Assembly (NCBI GenBank): GCA_035496575.1
Contig: DATJEN010000143.1
Span: 19,120-83,119 of the forward strand
DNA: 64,000 nucleotides
Source of the DNA: Pirellulales bacterium
GTDB lineage: Bacteria > Planctomycetota > Planctomycetia > Pirellulales > PALSA-1355
Direction: 5' to 3'
Below, in pieces: positions 21,277-30,210 of the stretch. The translations under genes and the position numbers were made by a program. The notes under the pieces were generated by a model. It was given only the letters and a program-made list of their open reading frames with translations, was not told the origin of the DNA and ran no database searches. How positions within the stretch are numbered: position 1 is the stretch's first letter; each line of letters begins with the position of its first letter.

Positions 21277-22275
21277 ATGTCGGCCTGGGAGCCAAGCACG
21301 TTGGGAACGAACGAAACTCGGCCACAGCTCGAATGTTTGAGCGTGGGAATCCTGGTCGCGGATCACTTGTGCGAGCCGATCCCCAGGGTGCCGGCCGCCG
21401 GAGAGCTCATCCTCTGCCCGAAGCTATCACTTTCGATTGGCGGCTGCGCCGCCAACGTTGCGATCGATTTAGCACGTTTGGGGGTGCGCGTAGGAGCGGT
21501 CGGATGCGTCGGACGAGATTCGTTCGGGCGGTTCATCGTCGATACGCTCAGCTCTGCCGACGTCGATGTCTCTAGCGTGCGGGCCATCGAAGACGCGGAG
21601 ACGTCGGGCACGCTGATCATCAATGTCGAAGGCGAGGATCGTCGCTTCATTCACTCGCCCGGCGCCAATGCTCGCCTGCGCGCGGCCGACATTCCGCTCG
21701 ACCTCGTTCAGAAGGCGAAGGTTCTGTACGTGGGTGGCTACCACCTGATGCCCGAGCTGGAGGGGGAGCCGCTGGCGTCGTTATTCCGCCAGGCGCGTGC
21801 CTGGGGAGTGAAGACCGTGCTCGACATTGTGATGCCCCCTTCGGCCGAGAGCTGGGAACCGCTGGCGGGCGTGCTCAGGGAGACCGACGTGTTTCTGCCG
21901 AACCAGGACGAGGCCGCCATGCTGACCGGCCTGGACGACCCTATCGAACAGGCCGGGCAGTTGGCCCAGAGCGTCGCGGGCGCGGTGGCTATCACGTGTG
22001 GCGAGAAGGGCATCGTGGTCGTATCCGGTGATCAACGCCTGCGAGCCGCGGCGCACAAGGTGGAGTATCGCGGCGGCACGGGCGCGGGCGATGCCTTCGA
22101 TGCCGGATTCATCGCGGGCATGCTGCAGGGGAAAGAGCTGCCCGATTGTCTGCGCTGGGCCAGCGCCGTTGGGGCTAGTTGCGTCCGCTCGATAAGCGCC
22201 ACGGATGCCGTCTTCACTCGCTCCGAAGCCATGGAATTCATGCGCGCCAACAAGCTGGAAATCAGCTCGTTCTAA
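21277..22275 (+). CDS. PfkB-family carbohydrate kinase
   Basis: …GILVADHL…GGCAANVAIDLARLG… and the C-terminal signature GGTGAGDAFDAGFIAG. Confidence 0.85.
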   Translation: MSAWEPSTLGTNETRPQLECLSVGILVADHLCEPIPRVPAAGELILCPKLSLSIGGCAANVAIDLARLGVRVGAVGCVGRDSFGRFIVDTLSSADVDVSSVRAIEDAETSGTLIINVEGEDRRFIHSPGANARLRAADIPLDLVQKAKVLYVGGYHLMPELEGEPLASLFRQARAWGVKTVLDIVMPPSAESWEPLAGVLRETDVFLPNQDEAAMLTGLDDPIEQAGQLAQSVAGAVAITCGEKGIVVVSGDQRLRAAAHKVEYRGGTGAGDAFDAGFIAGMLQGKELPDCLRWASAVGASCVRSISATDAVFTRSEAMEFMRANKLEISSF

Positions 22276-22372
22276 AAGCGGATCGAGCAGGTCGTGCCGC
22301 TTATACGGCATTTGACAATCGGCTTCCGAAATTCCGGTTTGACAACTCTCGAAGAGCGCGCCTCGCGGGCGT

Positions 22373-22981
22373 TTGAGCCTCCCGCAACGGGCCAAAGCGT
22401 GGCTTATGCTTGCCCGGAGACTCACTCCGGGGGCGGCGAACTGGCGCCTATCTGGATTTTGTCGGACACGCGTGGGAGACATACTCGTGATTTCGCGCAA
22501 ACGCCTGCTGATCGATCACAAGCTGCAACGAGCCATCTTGATTCGCAGCGCGATTTACTGGATTGCATGCCTGGTTGTTGCGAGCCTGATATTGGTGGCT
22601 TGGGATGCGTTCGAAGACCCCGGCCGCCCGGTCGTGGATTACTTTCGCTTGGACCGGCTGTGGGCGAACCATCAGATGGTGCTGGTTGGCGCCGTGCTCA
22701 TGCTGCCCTTCGTCCTGTTCGACGTGCTGCAAATCACGAATCGAGTTGCCGGTCCGATTTATCGCCTGCGGGCTTCGATCCGAGCTCTTGCGGCCGGCGA
22801 GCACGTGCAGCCGATTCAGTTTCGCGGGTCCGACTTTTGGCACGAAGTGGGGCAGGAATTCAATCAACTGATCGCGTATGCCGAGCGGCTGAAAGCGGAG
22901 CAGCCTGAGGAGGAGCCGGAGGAGACACTCGAGTTTGAACGCGTCGGGGATAGCACATTTGAGCTGCTGCACCGGCGCTAA
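22373..22981 (+). CDS. Hypothetical two-TM membrane protein with a HAMP-like linker
   Basis: Two TM segments (IYWIACLVVASLILVAW; MVLVGAVLMLPFVLF) are followed by NRVAGPIYRLRASIRALAAGE, which is HAMP-like. The tail is acidic. The true start is uncertain and may be an internal GTG near 22470. Confidence 0.55.
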   Translation: MSLPQRAKAWLMLARRLTPGAANWRLSGFCRTRVGDILVISRKRLLIDHKLQRAILIRSAIYWIACLVVASLILVAWDAFEDPGRPVVDYFRLDRLWANHQMVLVGAVLMLPFVLFDVLQITNRVAGPIYRLRASIRALAAGEHVQPIQFRGSDFWHEVGQEFNQLIAYAERLKAEQPEEEPEETLEFERVGDSTFELLHRR

Positions 22982-23014
22982 AATCGGCCTCGGTCGAGCT
23001 AGCCGCTCGGAAGG

Positions 23015-23236
23015 TTGACAGCCGTAAATTGGCGGCTTATGCTGCGAAAACAATAAGAATCTGTCGCTCGGGACCACCACCCATGTTCGTTCGCTCCATC
23101 TGGTCAAAGAACGTCGCCGCGATTGCGGTCGGCATCGTGATTATTAGGAAGGAGCGGCCGTAGGGGCGACTCGGTTTCGACCGTTTGACACGCAGCCCTG
23201 AGGCCTGAAATCGGCCGCAGGGCTTGTTTCGTTTCT
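23015..23236 (+). promoter_or_regulatory. Candidate promoter, leader-peptide and terminator attenuator upstream of cimA
   Basis: TTGACA-17 nt-TATGCT lies at 23015-23043. A 26-codon Ile/Val-rich ORF lies at 23083-23163. The stem AGCCCTGAGGCC-tgaaatc-GGCCGCAGGGCT lies at 23194-23224 and is followed by TGTTTCGTTTCT. Confidence 0.45.
23083..23163 (+). CDS. Putative leader peptide MFVRSIWSKNVAAIAVGIVIIRKERP
   Basis: My own translation; the ORF is below the track length cutoff. 9 of 26 residues are Ile or Val. It lies between a promoter-like motif and a terminator-like hairpin. Confidence 0.35.
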   Translation: MFVRSIWSKNVAAIAVGIVIIRKERP

Positions 23237-23285
23237 GGACCTACAATCTCGCGCAAAATCTTCAATCAACACACGAAAGCCAGTC

Positions 23286-24893
23286 ATGCGTCGCATCCAG
23301 ATCTACGACACCACGCTCCGCGATGGCAGTCAAGGCGAAGGGGTTAACTTCTCGCTGCAGGACAAGCTGCTCATCACCGAGCGGCTCGATAGCCTGGGCT
23401 TCGACTTCGTGGAAGGTGGGTTTCCGGCTTCCAACGAAAAAGACGCGCAGTACTTTCAGCGGGCCGCCGGCATGAAGCTCGCTTATGCAAAAGTCTGCGC
23501 CTTCGGCATGACACGCCGCCGCGGCACGCGCGTCGAGGAAGACCCGGGCATTCGCGCCTTGCTGAACGCGGGAACCGAGGTGATCACGCTGGTCGGCAAA
23601 ACCTCGAGCTTTCACGTGACCGAAGTGCTGCGCGTTTCGCTGGAAGAGAACCTGGCGATGATCGCCGACAGCGTGCGGCACCTAAGCGAAGCGGGCCGCA
23701 AGGTCATCTACGATGCCGAGCATTTCTTCGACGGCTGGAAGCTCAATCCCGAATATGCGCTATCGACTGTTCGCGCCGCCGCCCAGGCCGGAGCGATCAT
23801 GGTCGTGATGTGTGACACCAATGGCGGGACGATGCCCGAGGAAATCGCCGCCCTGACGCGCGAGGCGATCGCCGGGCTGGACGTGCCGGTCGGCATCCAT
23901 TGTCACAACGATTGCGAGTTGGCGGTGGCCAATTCGTTGGCCTCGCTCGACGCCGGCGCTGTGCAAGTGCAGGGCACGATCAATGGATTGGGCGAACGCT
24001 GCGGCAACGCCGACCTGATTTCGATCATCGCCAACCTGGCCGTCAAGAAGCAGGGCTACAGCGTGCTCGAACCATCGGCCATCGAGCACCTCACGGAGCT
24101 TTCGCGCTTTGTGTACGAGACCGCCAACTTTCGGCTACCGGCCAACCAACCGTTCGTCGGCCAAAGCGCTTTTGCGCACAAGGGCGGCATGCACGTGCAC
24201 GCCGTCGAGCGGGCTTCGGCAAGCTACGAGCATATCGATCCCTCGCTCGTGGGCAACGAGCGCCGCGTGCTCGTTAGCGAGCTATCAGGCCGCTCAAATA
24301 TCAAAGCGGCCCTGAGCGGGCACGATATCGCCCAAGACCCAGGCATGATGGACAAGATCCTGGCCCGCGTGGTCGAGCTGGAGAACCAGGGCTATCAATT
24401 CGAGGCGGCCCAGGGCTCGTTCGACCTGCTGGTGCGAAAATCGACCGCCAGCTACCGCCCTCATTTTGAACGACTCCATTTCCGCGTGAACGTCGAAACC
24501 GACTCCGCCGGCAACGTGGTGACCGAAGCCACCGTCAAGCTGCGAGTCGATGGCGTGATCCGGCACGAAGTCGCCGAGGGGGATGGCCCCGTCAACGCCC
24601 TGGATGCCGCCCTACGCAAGGCGTTGGCCGCGCATTTTCCGAACCTCGAGGAAATGCAGCTTGTCGATTACAAGGTGCGCGTCATCAATTCCGAGGCCGG
24701 CACGGCGGCGGGCGTGCGCGTGGTCATCGAAAGCCGCGATCAAAATGAGGTGTGGGGCACCGTGGGCGTAAGCGAAAACATCATCGAGGCCAGTTGGATT
24801 GCGCTGGTCGACAGCTTCGAATACAAGCTGTACAAGGATGAGGACGCGGCGACAGCACCGCTGAAAACCACCCCCGTCTCGGTCGGCACCTGA
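23286..24893 (+). CDS. cimA: Citramalate synthase (LeuA/CimA family, long form with a regulatory domain)
   Basis: MRRIQIYDTTLRDGSQGEGVNFSLQDKLLITERLDSLGFDFVEGGFPASN…HCHNDCELAVANSL…, plus a C-terminal LeuA-dimerisation-type domain. Confidence 0.85.
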   Translation: MRRIQIYDTTLRDGSQGEGVNFSLQDKLLITERLDSLGFDFVEGGFPASNEKDAQYFQRAAGMKLAYAKVCAFGMTRRRGTRVEEDPGIRALLNAGTEVITLVGKTSSFHVTEVLRVSLEENLAMIADSVRHLSEAGRKVIYDAEHFFDGWKLNPEYALSTVRAAAQAGAIMVVMCDTNGGTMPEEIAALTREAIAGLDVPVGIHCHNDCELAVANSLASLDAGAVQVQGTINGLGERCGNADLISIIANLAVKKQGYSVLEPSAIEHLTELSRFVYETANFRLPANQPFVGQSAFAHKGGMHVHAVERASASYEHIDPSLVGNERRVLVSELSGRSNIKAALSGHDIAQDPGMMDKILARVVELENQGYQFEAAQGSFDLLVRKSTASYRPHFERLHFRVNVETDSAGNVVTEATVKLRVDGVIRHEVAEGDGPVNALDAALRKALAAHFPNLEEMQLVDYKVRVINSEAGTAAGVRVVIESRDQNEVWGTVGVSENIIEASWIALVDSFEYKLYKDEDAATAPLKTTPVSVGT

Positions 24894-25004
24894 AAGTCTC
24901 GCCGCGAAGAATCGCCTGGATGAGGGACTCGATTCGCAGCTAGAATTCGCCGCGACCACCAGGCATTCCCACGGACTTCCGCCCCGAAGGACAAACGACC
25001 GGCC

Positions 25005-28000
25005 ATGGCAACCGAACTGGCAGCTCACGAGCTGCCCAAGCAATACGACCACAGCCAAGCGCAATCGCGCTGGTATCCCTTCTGGCTCGAGCGCGGCTAT
25101 TTCCACAGCGAGCCCGATCCCGATCGTCAGCCGTACACGATCGTGATCCCCCCGCCCAACGTGACCGGCGCTTTGCACCTGGGGCATGCTCTCAATAACT
25201 CGCTGCAAGATATTCTGATCCGCTGGCGGCGCATGCAGGGCTATAACGCCCTGTGGATGCCGGGAACCGACCACGCCGGCATCGCCACACAGGCCGTTGT
25301 CGAGCGTCGCCTGCTGGAGGAAGAAAAAAAAACCCGCCACGATCTTGGCCGCGCGGCGCTGGTCGAGCGGATTTGGCGCTGGAAAGACGAATACGAGACG
25401 CGCATTCTGAGCCAGCTTCAACAGCTTGGCTGTAGTTGCGACTGGCAGCGCACGCGGTTTACGCTCGACCCGCAATGCGTGCGCGCCGTGCGGCACACCT
25501 TTTTCGGAATGTTCAAATCCGGCCTGATCTATCGCGGCACCCGGTTAGTCAATTGGGACACCCTGTTGCAAACGGCCGTGAGCGACGACGAAGTGACTCA
25601 CGAAACCGTGGCCGGGCACTTCTGGCACCTGCGCTACCCGGTCATCGATCCCAAGCCGGGCGAGCCCGCATTTGTTTCCATCGCCACCACGCGGCCGGAA
25701 ACGATGCTAGGCGACACGGCCGTCGCGGTGCATCCCGATCCCGAGCAGGCCCTGGCTGCCGCCGAACGCGCGCTGGGCGAGAAGCTCGCCAGCGCTTCCG
25801 AAAAGGAGCGCGCCGGCCTGGAGCGCGAGCTCCAGCAGCTTGTCGAGCGCCGCCGCGCGTTGTTACCCCATTTGATTCAATTGCGCGACATGGCGCTCGC
25901 CGGCCGCAAGGTGCGCCTGCCGCTCGTGAATCGCGAGATCCCGCTCGTCGCCGACGTATGGGCCAAGCCCGAACTGGGCAGTGGTTGCGTGAAAATCACG
26001 CCTGCCCACGACCCGAACGACTATGAAGTCGCCAGGCGTCAGCAGTTGCCAATGATCAATATTCTCAATCCCGACGGCACGCTGAATGAGAACGCGGGAC
26101 CGTACGCAGCTTTGCGCATTGCCAAGGCGCGCGAGCGTGTGGTTGCGGACCTCGAAGCGCAAGGGTTAGTCGAGAGCGTGGAAGACCGCGAGATCGAGCT
26201 GGCTCATTCCGACCGCTCGAAGACGCCCATCGAACCGTATCTGGCCGACCAATGGTTCGTGAAGATGGAGGACCTCTCGCAATCGGCGATGGATGCCGTG
26301 ACCGATGGCCGCGTCAAGATCGTGCCAGGCCGCTACGCGCGCGGGTATCTGGATTGGTTGTCCGAGAAGCGTGACTGGCCGGTGAGCCGACAACTGTGGT
26401 GGGGACACCGGATTCCGATCTGGTACGCACCCACCGCCAGCGAGGCCGACCTGAAACGTGCTTTCGCCGGACGCGCGGACGTGGTGTGGCGCCGCGATGA
26501 CGAGAACGAAGGCTGGTTGATCTGCGCCCAGGAAGTCGACCTGTCGGAAGACGCGATACCAGGCCATAAGATCGAACAAGAAGTCGACGTGCTCGACACC
26601 TGGTTCAGCTCGGCGCTGTGGCCGCACTCGACGCTTGGCTGGCCCGAGCAAACACCCGAGCTCCAGTACTACTATCCGACCAGCACGCTAGTGACCAATC
26701 GCGACATCATGACACTGTGGGTCGCGCGGATGGTGCTCACCGGGCTGTTCAACGTAGGCGACGTGCCTTTCCGCGAAGTGTATATCCATCCCAAGATTCT
26801 CGACGGCTACGGCGAAGGCATGTCGAAGTCGAAGGGCAATGGCGTCGATCCGCTCGACGTAATCGAGAGCGTGGGCGCGGACTCGTTGCGGTTCAGCCTG
26901 GCGTATCTGACCACCGAAACGCAAGACGTGCGGATGCCGGTCGAGTTCGAGTGCCCGCACTGCCACGCGCATATCGAGCAAACGAAGAAGAATCGCGTGC
27001 TGCCGCGCATCGAGTGCAAGAAATGCGGACAGCCGTTCTCGACCCAATGGGCAACCAGGCCCGAGGACTTGGCGCTGGCGCGGGGAGCGGTGGTCAGCGA
27101 GCGGTTCGAGCTGGGGCGCAATTTCTGCAACAAGCTGTGGAATGCCGCGCGGTTTGCGATCATGAACCTGGAGGGCTACTCGCCTGGACTGGTCGTCCCG
27201 GATGAGCTGGCCATCGAAGATCGCTGGATGTTGAGCCGGCTGACCACGGTCACGACGCAATGCACCGCCGCGCTCGAAGAGTATCGTTTTGGCGACGCTG
27301 CGCGCGTACTGTACGACTTCGCTTGGAACGAGTTCTGCAGCTTTTACCTGGAGATGGCCAAGCCCCGGCTGCAGGATCCTGCCAGCCGTGCGAACGCGCA
27401 GCGGATTCTGGCCGGAGCGCTCGACGTGCTGCTGCGGCTATTGCATCCCATGATTCCGTTTCTGACGGAGGAAGTGTGGCAGCGATTGGGACAGCTTGCG
27501 CCGACGCGCGGCATCGACGAGCTGGAGCCGGCCGCCGAGAGCATCATGATCGCTCCCTGGCCGGAAGCCGATGAGGCGCGCGCCGACGAGGAAATCGAAT
27601 CGCGGTTTGCGCGTTTTCAGGAGCTGCTGGCCGGCTTGCGCGAAGTCCGCAGCCGCCAAAACATTCCACCCCGCACGCCCATACGCTTCAGCGTTCGCAG
27701 CGTTGACGCAACGCGAGACTTGCTGGCTCCCTTGACACCCTACTTCGACGCCATGGCCGGCGCCCACGCCACCGCCTGGGGTCCGCAGGTCGCTGCACCA
27801 CCGGCAGCCGCGAGTTTTGTGGCGGCGGGCGCAGAGGTGTTCGTCGATCTGGCAGGCCACATCGACTTGGAAGCCGAAGTCGCCCGCAAGAAGAAAGAGC
27901 TCGAGCGGCTCGCAAGCGCCATCGCGGGCAAACAACGACAACTGGCGAACGAGAACTTCGTGTCGCGAGCGCCCGCCGCGGTGATCGAAAAGGAGCGCGC

Positions 28001-28082
28001 CGCGCTAGCGGAGCTCGAGCAACTGCGCGCGACCACCGAAGCCGCGCTAGCCGCCGCCGAGGGATCGCCAGGCGCTAAATAG
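25005..28082 (+). CDS. valS: Valine--tRNA ligase
   Basis: 1025 aa with PPPNVTGALHLGHA (HIGH), an editing domain, GMSKSKGN (KMSKS) and a C-terminal coiled coil. A CxxC…CxxC insertion follows the KMSKS region. Confidence 0.97.
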   Translation: MATELAAHELPKQYDHSQAQSRWYPFWLERGYFHSEPDPDRQPYTIVIPPPNVTGALHLGHALNNSLQDILIRWRRMQGYNALWMPGTDHAGIATQAVVERRLLEEEKKTRHDLGRAALVERIWRWKDEYETRILSQLQQLGCSCDWQRTRFTLDPQCVRAVRHTFFGMFKSGLIYRGTRLVNWDTLLQTAVSDDEVTHETVAGHFWHLRYPVIDPKPGEPAFVSIATTRPETMLGDTAVAVHPDPEQALAAAERALGEKLASASEKERAGLERELQQLVERRRALLPHLIQLRDMALAGRKVRLPLVNREIPLVADVWAKPELGSGCVKITPAHDPNDYEVARRQQLPMINILNPDGTLNENAGPYAALRIAKARERVVADLEAQGLVESVEDREIELAHSDRSKTPIEPYLADQWFVKMEDLSQSAMDAVTDGRVKIVPGRYARGYLDWLSEKRDWPVSRQLWWGHRIPIWYAPTASEADLKRAFAGRADVVWRRDDENEGWLICAQEVDLSEDAIPGHKIEQEVDVLDTWFSSALWPHSTLGWPEQTPELQYYYPTSTLVTNRDIMTLWVARMVLTGLFNVGDVPFREVYIHPKILDGYGEGMSKSKGNGVDPLDVIESVGADSLRFSLAYLTTETQDVRMPVEFECPHCHAHIEQTKKNRVLPRIECKKCGQPFSTQWATRPEDLALARGAVVSERFELGRNFCNKLWNAARFAIMNLEGYSPGLVVPDELAIEDRWMLSRLTTVTTQCTAALEEYRFGDAARVLYDFAWNEFCSFYLEMAKPRLQDPASRANAQRILAGALDVLLRLLHPMIPFLTEEVWQRLGQLAPTRGIDELEPAAESIMIAPWPEADEARADEEIESRFARFQELLAGLREVRSRQNIPPRTPIRFSVRSVDATRDLLAPLTPYFDAMAGAHATAWGPQVAAPPAAASFVAAGAEVFVDLAGHIDLEAEVARKKKELERLASAIAGKQRQLANENFVSRAPAAVIEKERAALAELEQLRATTEAALAAAEGSPGAK

Positions 28083-28247
28083 CGGCTTTCCCGCCGCTGG
28101 ATTTTCGCGTGTCAAATCTACGATCCGGGGCGATCCTCGCGCGCCAGCCATTCTTCCATGCCGCCTCTAGCCGCGGCTAGTTGAGGGCACTTATAATCGA
28201 CCGTGCCTTCAAGAATCGGAACGTGTTAGCACCGCAGGGGGCCTGTC

Positions 28248-28655
28248 ATGCCGGTCCACATGGAGTTGTCTCGGATCATCATCAGTGAGATCAATGACCA
28301 GCAGGTCATTTATCTCAAGGAGGTGGATGGCGAGCGCACGTTCCCGATCTTGATTGGAATTTTCGAGGCCACGAGCATCGACCGCCGCGTCAAGCAATAT
28401 CATTCGCCTCGGCCGCTGACGCACGATTTGCTGGTCAACATCGTCGAGAACCTGGGTGCCGAGCTGCAGGATGTGGTGATCAGCGAGCTCAAGGACCATA
28501 CGTATTTTGCGAAGCTGCGTGTGCGGCACGAAGGCGAGCTGATCGAGATCGATGCCCGTCCCTCGGACGCGATCGCGGTGGCCGTGACGTGCGATCCTCA
28601 GCTGCCGATTTATGTCTCCGAAGAAGTGCTCAACGACGTGTTGGGCGAACAATGA
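28248..28655 (+). CDS. Bifunctional nuclease (BFN/DUF151) family protein
   Basis: …VIYLKEVDGERTFPILIGIFEATSIDRRV…PRPLTHDLLVNIVENLGAELQDVVISELKDHTYFAKL…ARPSDAIAVA…. Confidence 0.85.
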   Translation: MPVHMELSRIIISEINDQQVIYLKEVDGERTFPILIGIFEATSIDRRVKQYHSPRPLTHDLLVNIVENLGAELQDVVISELKDHTYFAKLRVRHEGELIEIDARPSDAIAVAVTCDPQLPIYVSEEVLNDVLGEQ

Positions 28656-28707
28656 TCAGGCGGCGCATGCGCCGCGTTCTTACCTCTCGCATAAGGGCTT
28701 CACGACG

Positions 28708-29082
28708 ATGAAGGCTTTCGCCCTGTTTAGCTGCGCTCTCGTGTGTTGGTCGCTCGTGCTTGGGTCGTCGGCGGTTGCCGCTGACGAAAAAGTCGACGTC
28801 ACAGGCGTATGGAACGTCGAAATCGAAATTGGGGGTCAGACCGGAATGCCTGTCTTCACGCTCAAGCAGGATGGCGAGAAGATCACCGGAAAATACAAGG
28901 GCCAATTCGGCGAAGCGGACGTGACCGGCAAACTGAAAGGGAACGAAATCGAGTTCTCATTTGAAGCGCAAGGAGCGAAGATCACCTACACCGGCACGGT
29001 CGATAAGGACACGATGAAGGGCAAGGCCAACTATGCCGACCAGGCGAGCGGCGAGTGGAAAGCCAAGAAAAAGTCCTCATGA
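28708..29082 (+). CDS. Small secreted hypothetical protein
   Basis: Signal peptide MKAFALFSCALVCWSLVLGSSAVAA. The mature part is beta-rich and Lys/Gly-rich. Its stop overlaps the next start (ATGA). Confidence 0.65.
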   Translation: MKAFALFSCALVCWSLVLGSSAVAADEKVDVTGVWNVEIEIGGQTGMPVFTLKQDGEKITGKYKGQFGEADVTGKLKGNEIEFSFEAQGAKITYTGTVDKDTMKGKANYADQASGEWKAKKKSS

Positions 29083-30116
29083 GCCGTGAGGCCAACCCCA
29101 TGCTCACACGCGCCCGTTCGATTGGCGGAATCTTGTGGCTGCTGTGCGCGGCCACGGCCACGCTTGCGGCCGATGATCCGTGGCTTAAGCTCGCCGGCGG
29201 CCAAGGGCCCGGGCACGGCAAGCACGTCGTTCTGGTCAGCGGAGACGAGGAATATCGCTCCGAAGAGGCATTGCCCCAGCTAGCGAAAATTCTCGCTAGC
29301 CGGCATGGATTCGATTGCACGGTGCTGTTTGCGATCGATCCGGCCGACGGCACGATCAACCCCAATCTGCGCGACAACATCCCTGGGCTCGAAGCGCTCG
29401 ATAAGGCTGCCGATCTGCTGGTGCTTTTCGCGCGGTTTCGCGAGTTGCCCGACGAGCAGATGCGGCACATCGTCGATTACGTGAGCGCCGGCAAGCCGGT
29501 CATCGGGCTGCGCACGGCGACGCACGCCTTCAATCCGAAGGCCGACACGAGCTTCGCGCGTTATGGCTGGCAGAGCAAAGAGTGGGAAGGTGGCTTCGGG
29601 CGCCAGGTGCTCGGAGAGACGTGGATCAACCATCACGGGCAGCACGGCCAACAGAGCACGCGCGGCATTATTGCACCCGGCGCGGGCGAAAACCCGATCT
29701 TGCGCGGCATTCGCGACGGCGACATCTGGGGACCGACCGACGTCTATGCCGTCCGACTGCCGCTGCCAGCCGACAGCCAACCGCTGGTGCTCGGCCAGGT
29801 GCTTTCGGGCATGAAGCCTACGGACGCGCCGGTCGTGGGCAAGCAGAATGAGCCGATGATGCCGATCGCATGGACCAAGTCCTATTCAGGGACAGGCGGC
29901 CGCAACGGGCGCGTGTTTGCGACCACCATGGGCGCCTCGCAGGACCTGCTCAGCGAGGGTTTGCGGCGGATGCTCGTGAATGCCTGCTACTGGGGCGCGG
30001 GTCTGGAGGACAAGATTCCGCCAAAGGCGAATGTCGAACTTGTGGGCAAGTACGAACCCACTCCGTTCGGCTTCGGCACATTTGTCAAAGGCGTTCGGCC
30101 TCGCGATTTGAAGTGA
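29079..30116 (+). CDS. ThuA-like (trehalose-utilisation-like) domain protein, secreted
   Basis: Signal peptide, then …GKHVVLVSGDEEYRSEEALPQLAKIL…DLLVLFARFRELPDEQM…YVSAGKPVIGLRTATHAF…. Confidence 0.75.
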   Translation: MSREANPMLTRARSIGGILWLLCAATATLAADDPWLKLAGGQGPGHGKHVVLVSGDEEYRSEEALPQLAKILASRHGFDCTVLFAIDPADGTINPNLRDNIPGLEALDKAADLLVLFARFRELPDEQMRHIVDYVSAGKPVIGLRTATHAFNPKADTSFARYGWQSKEWEGGFGRQVLGETWINHHGQHGQQSTRGIIAPGAGENPILRGIRDGDIWGPTDVYAVRLPLPADSQPLVLGQVLSGMKPTDAPVVGKQNEPMMPIAWTKSYSGTGGRNGRVFATTMGASQDLLSEGLRRMLVNACYWGAGLEDKIPPKANVELVGKYEPTPFGFGTFVKGVRPRDLK

Positions 30117-30138
30117 TTTGTGGTTGGCAAGCGACAAA

Positions 30139-30172
30139 CGCCCTCGGCAGCCGGCTAAAGCCGCCGAGGGCG
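30139..30172. terminator. 10-bp hairpin between convergent genes (ThuA-like / ALDH)
   Basis: CGCCCTCGGC-agccggctaaagcc-GCCGAGGGCG. The flanking U-tracts are weak. Confidence 0.45.
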
Positions 30173-30210
30173 CTTGATGCTTTTGAACTCGCGTCGCGGT
30201 CGTATCTCGC

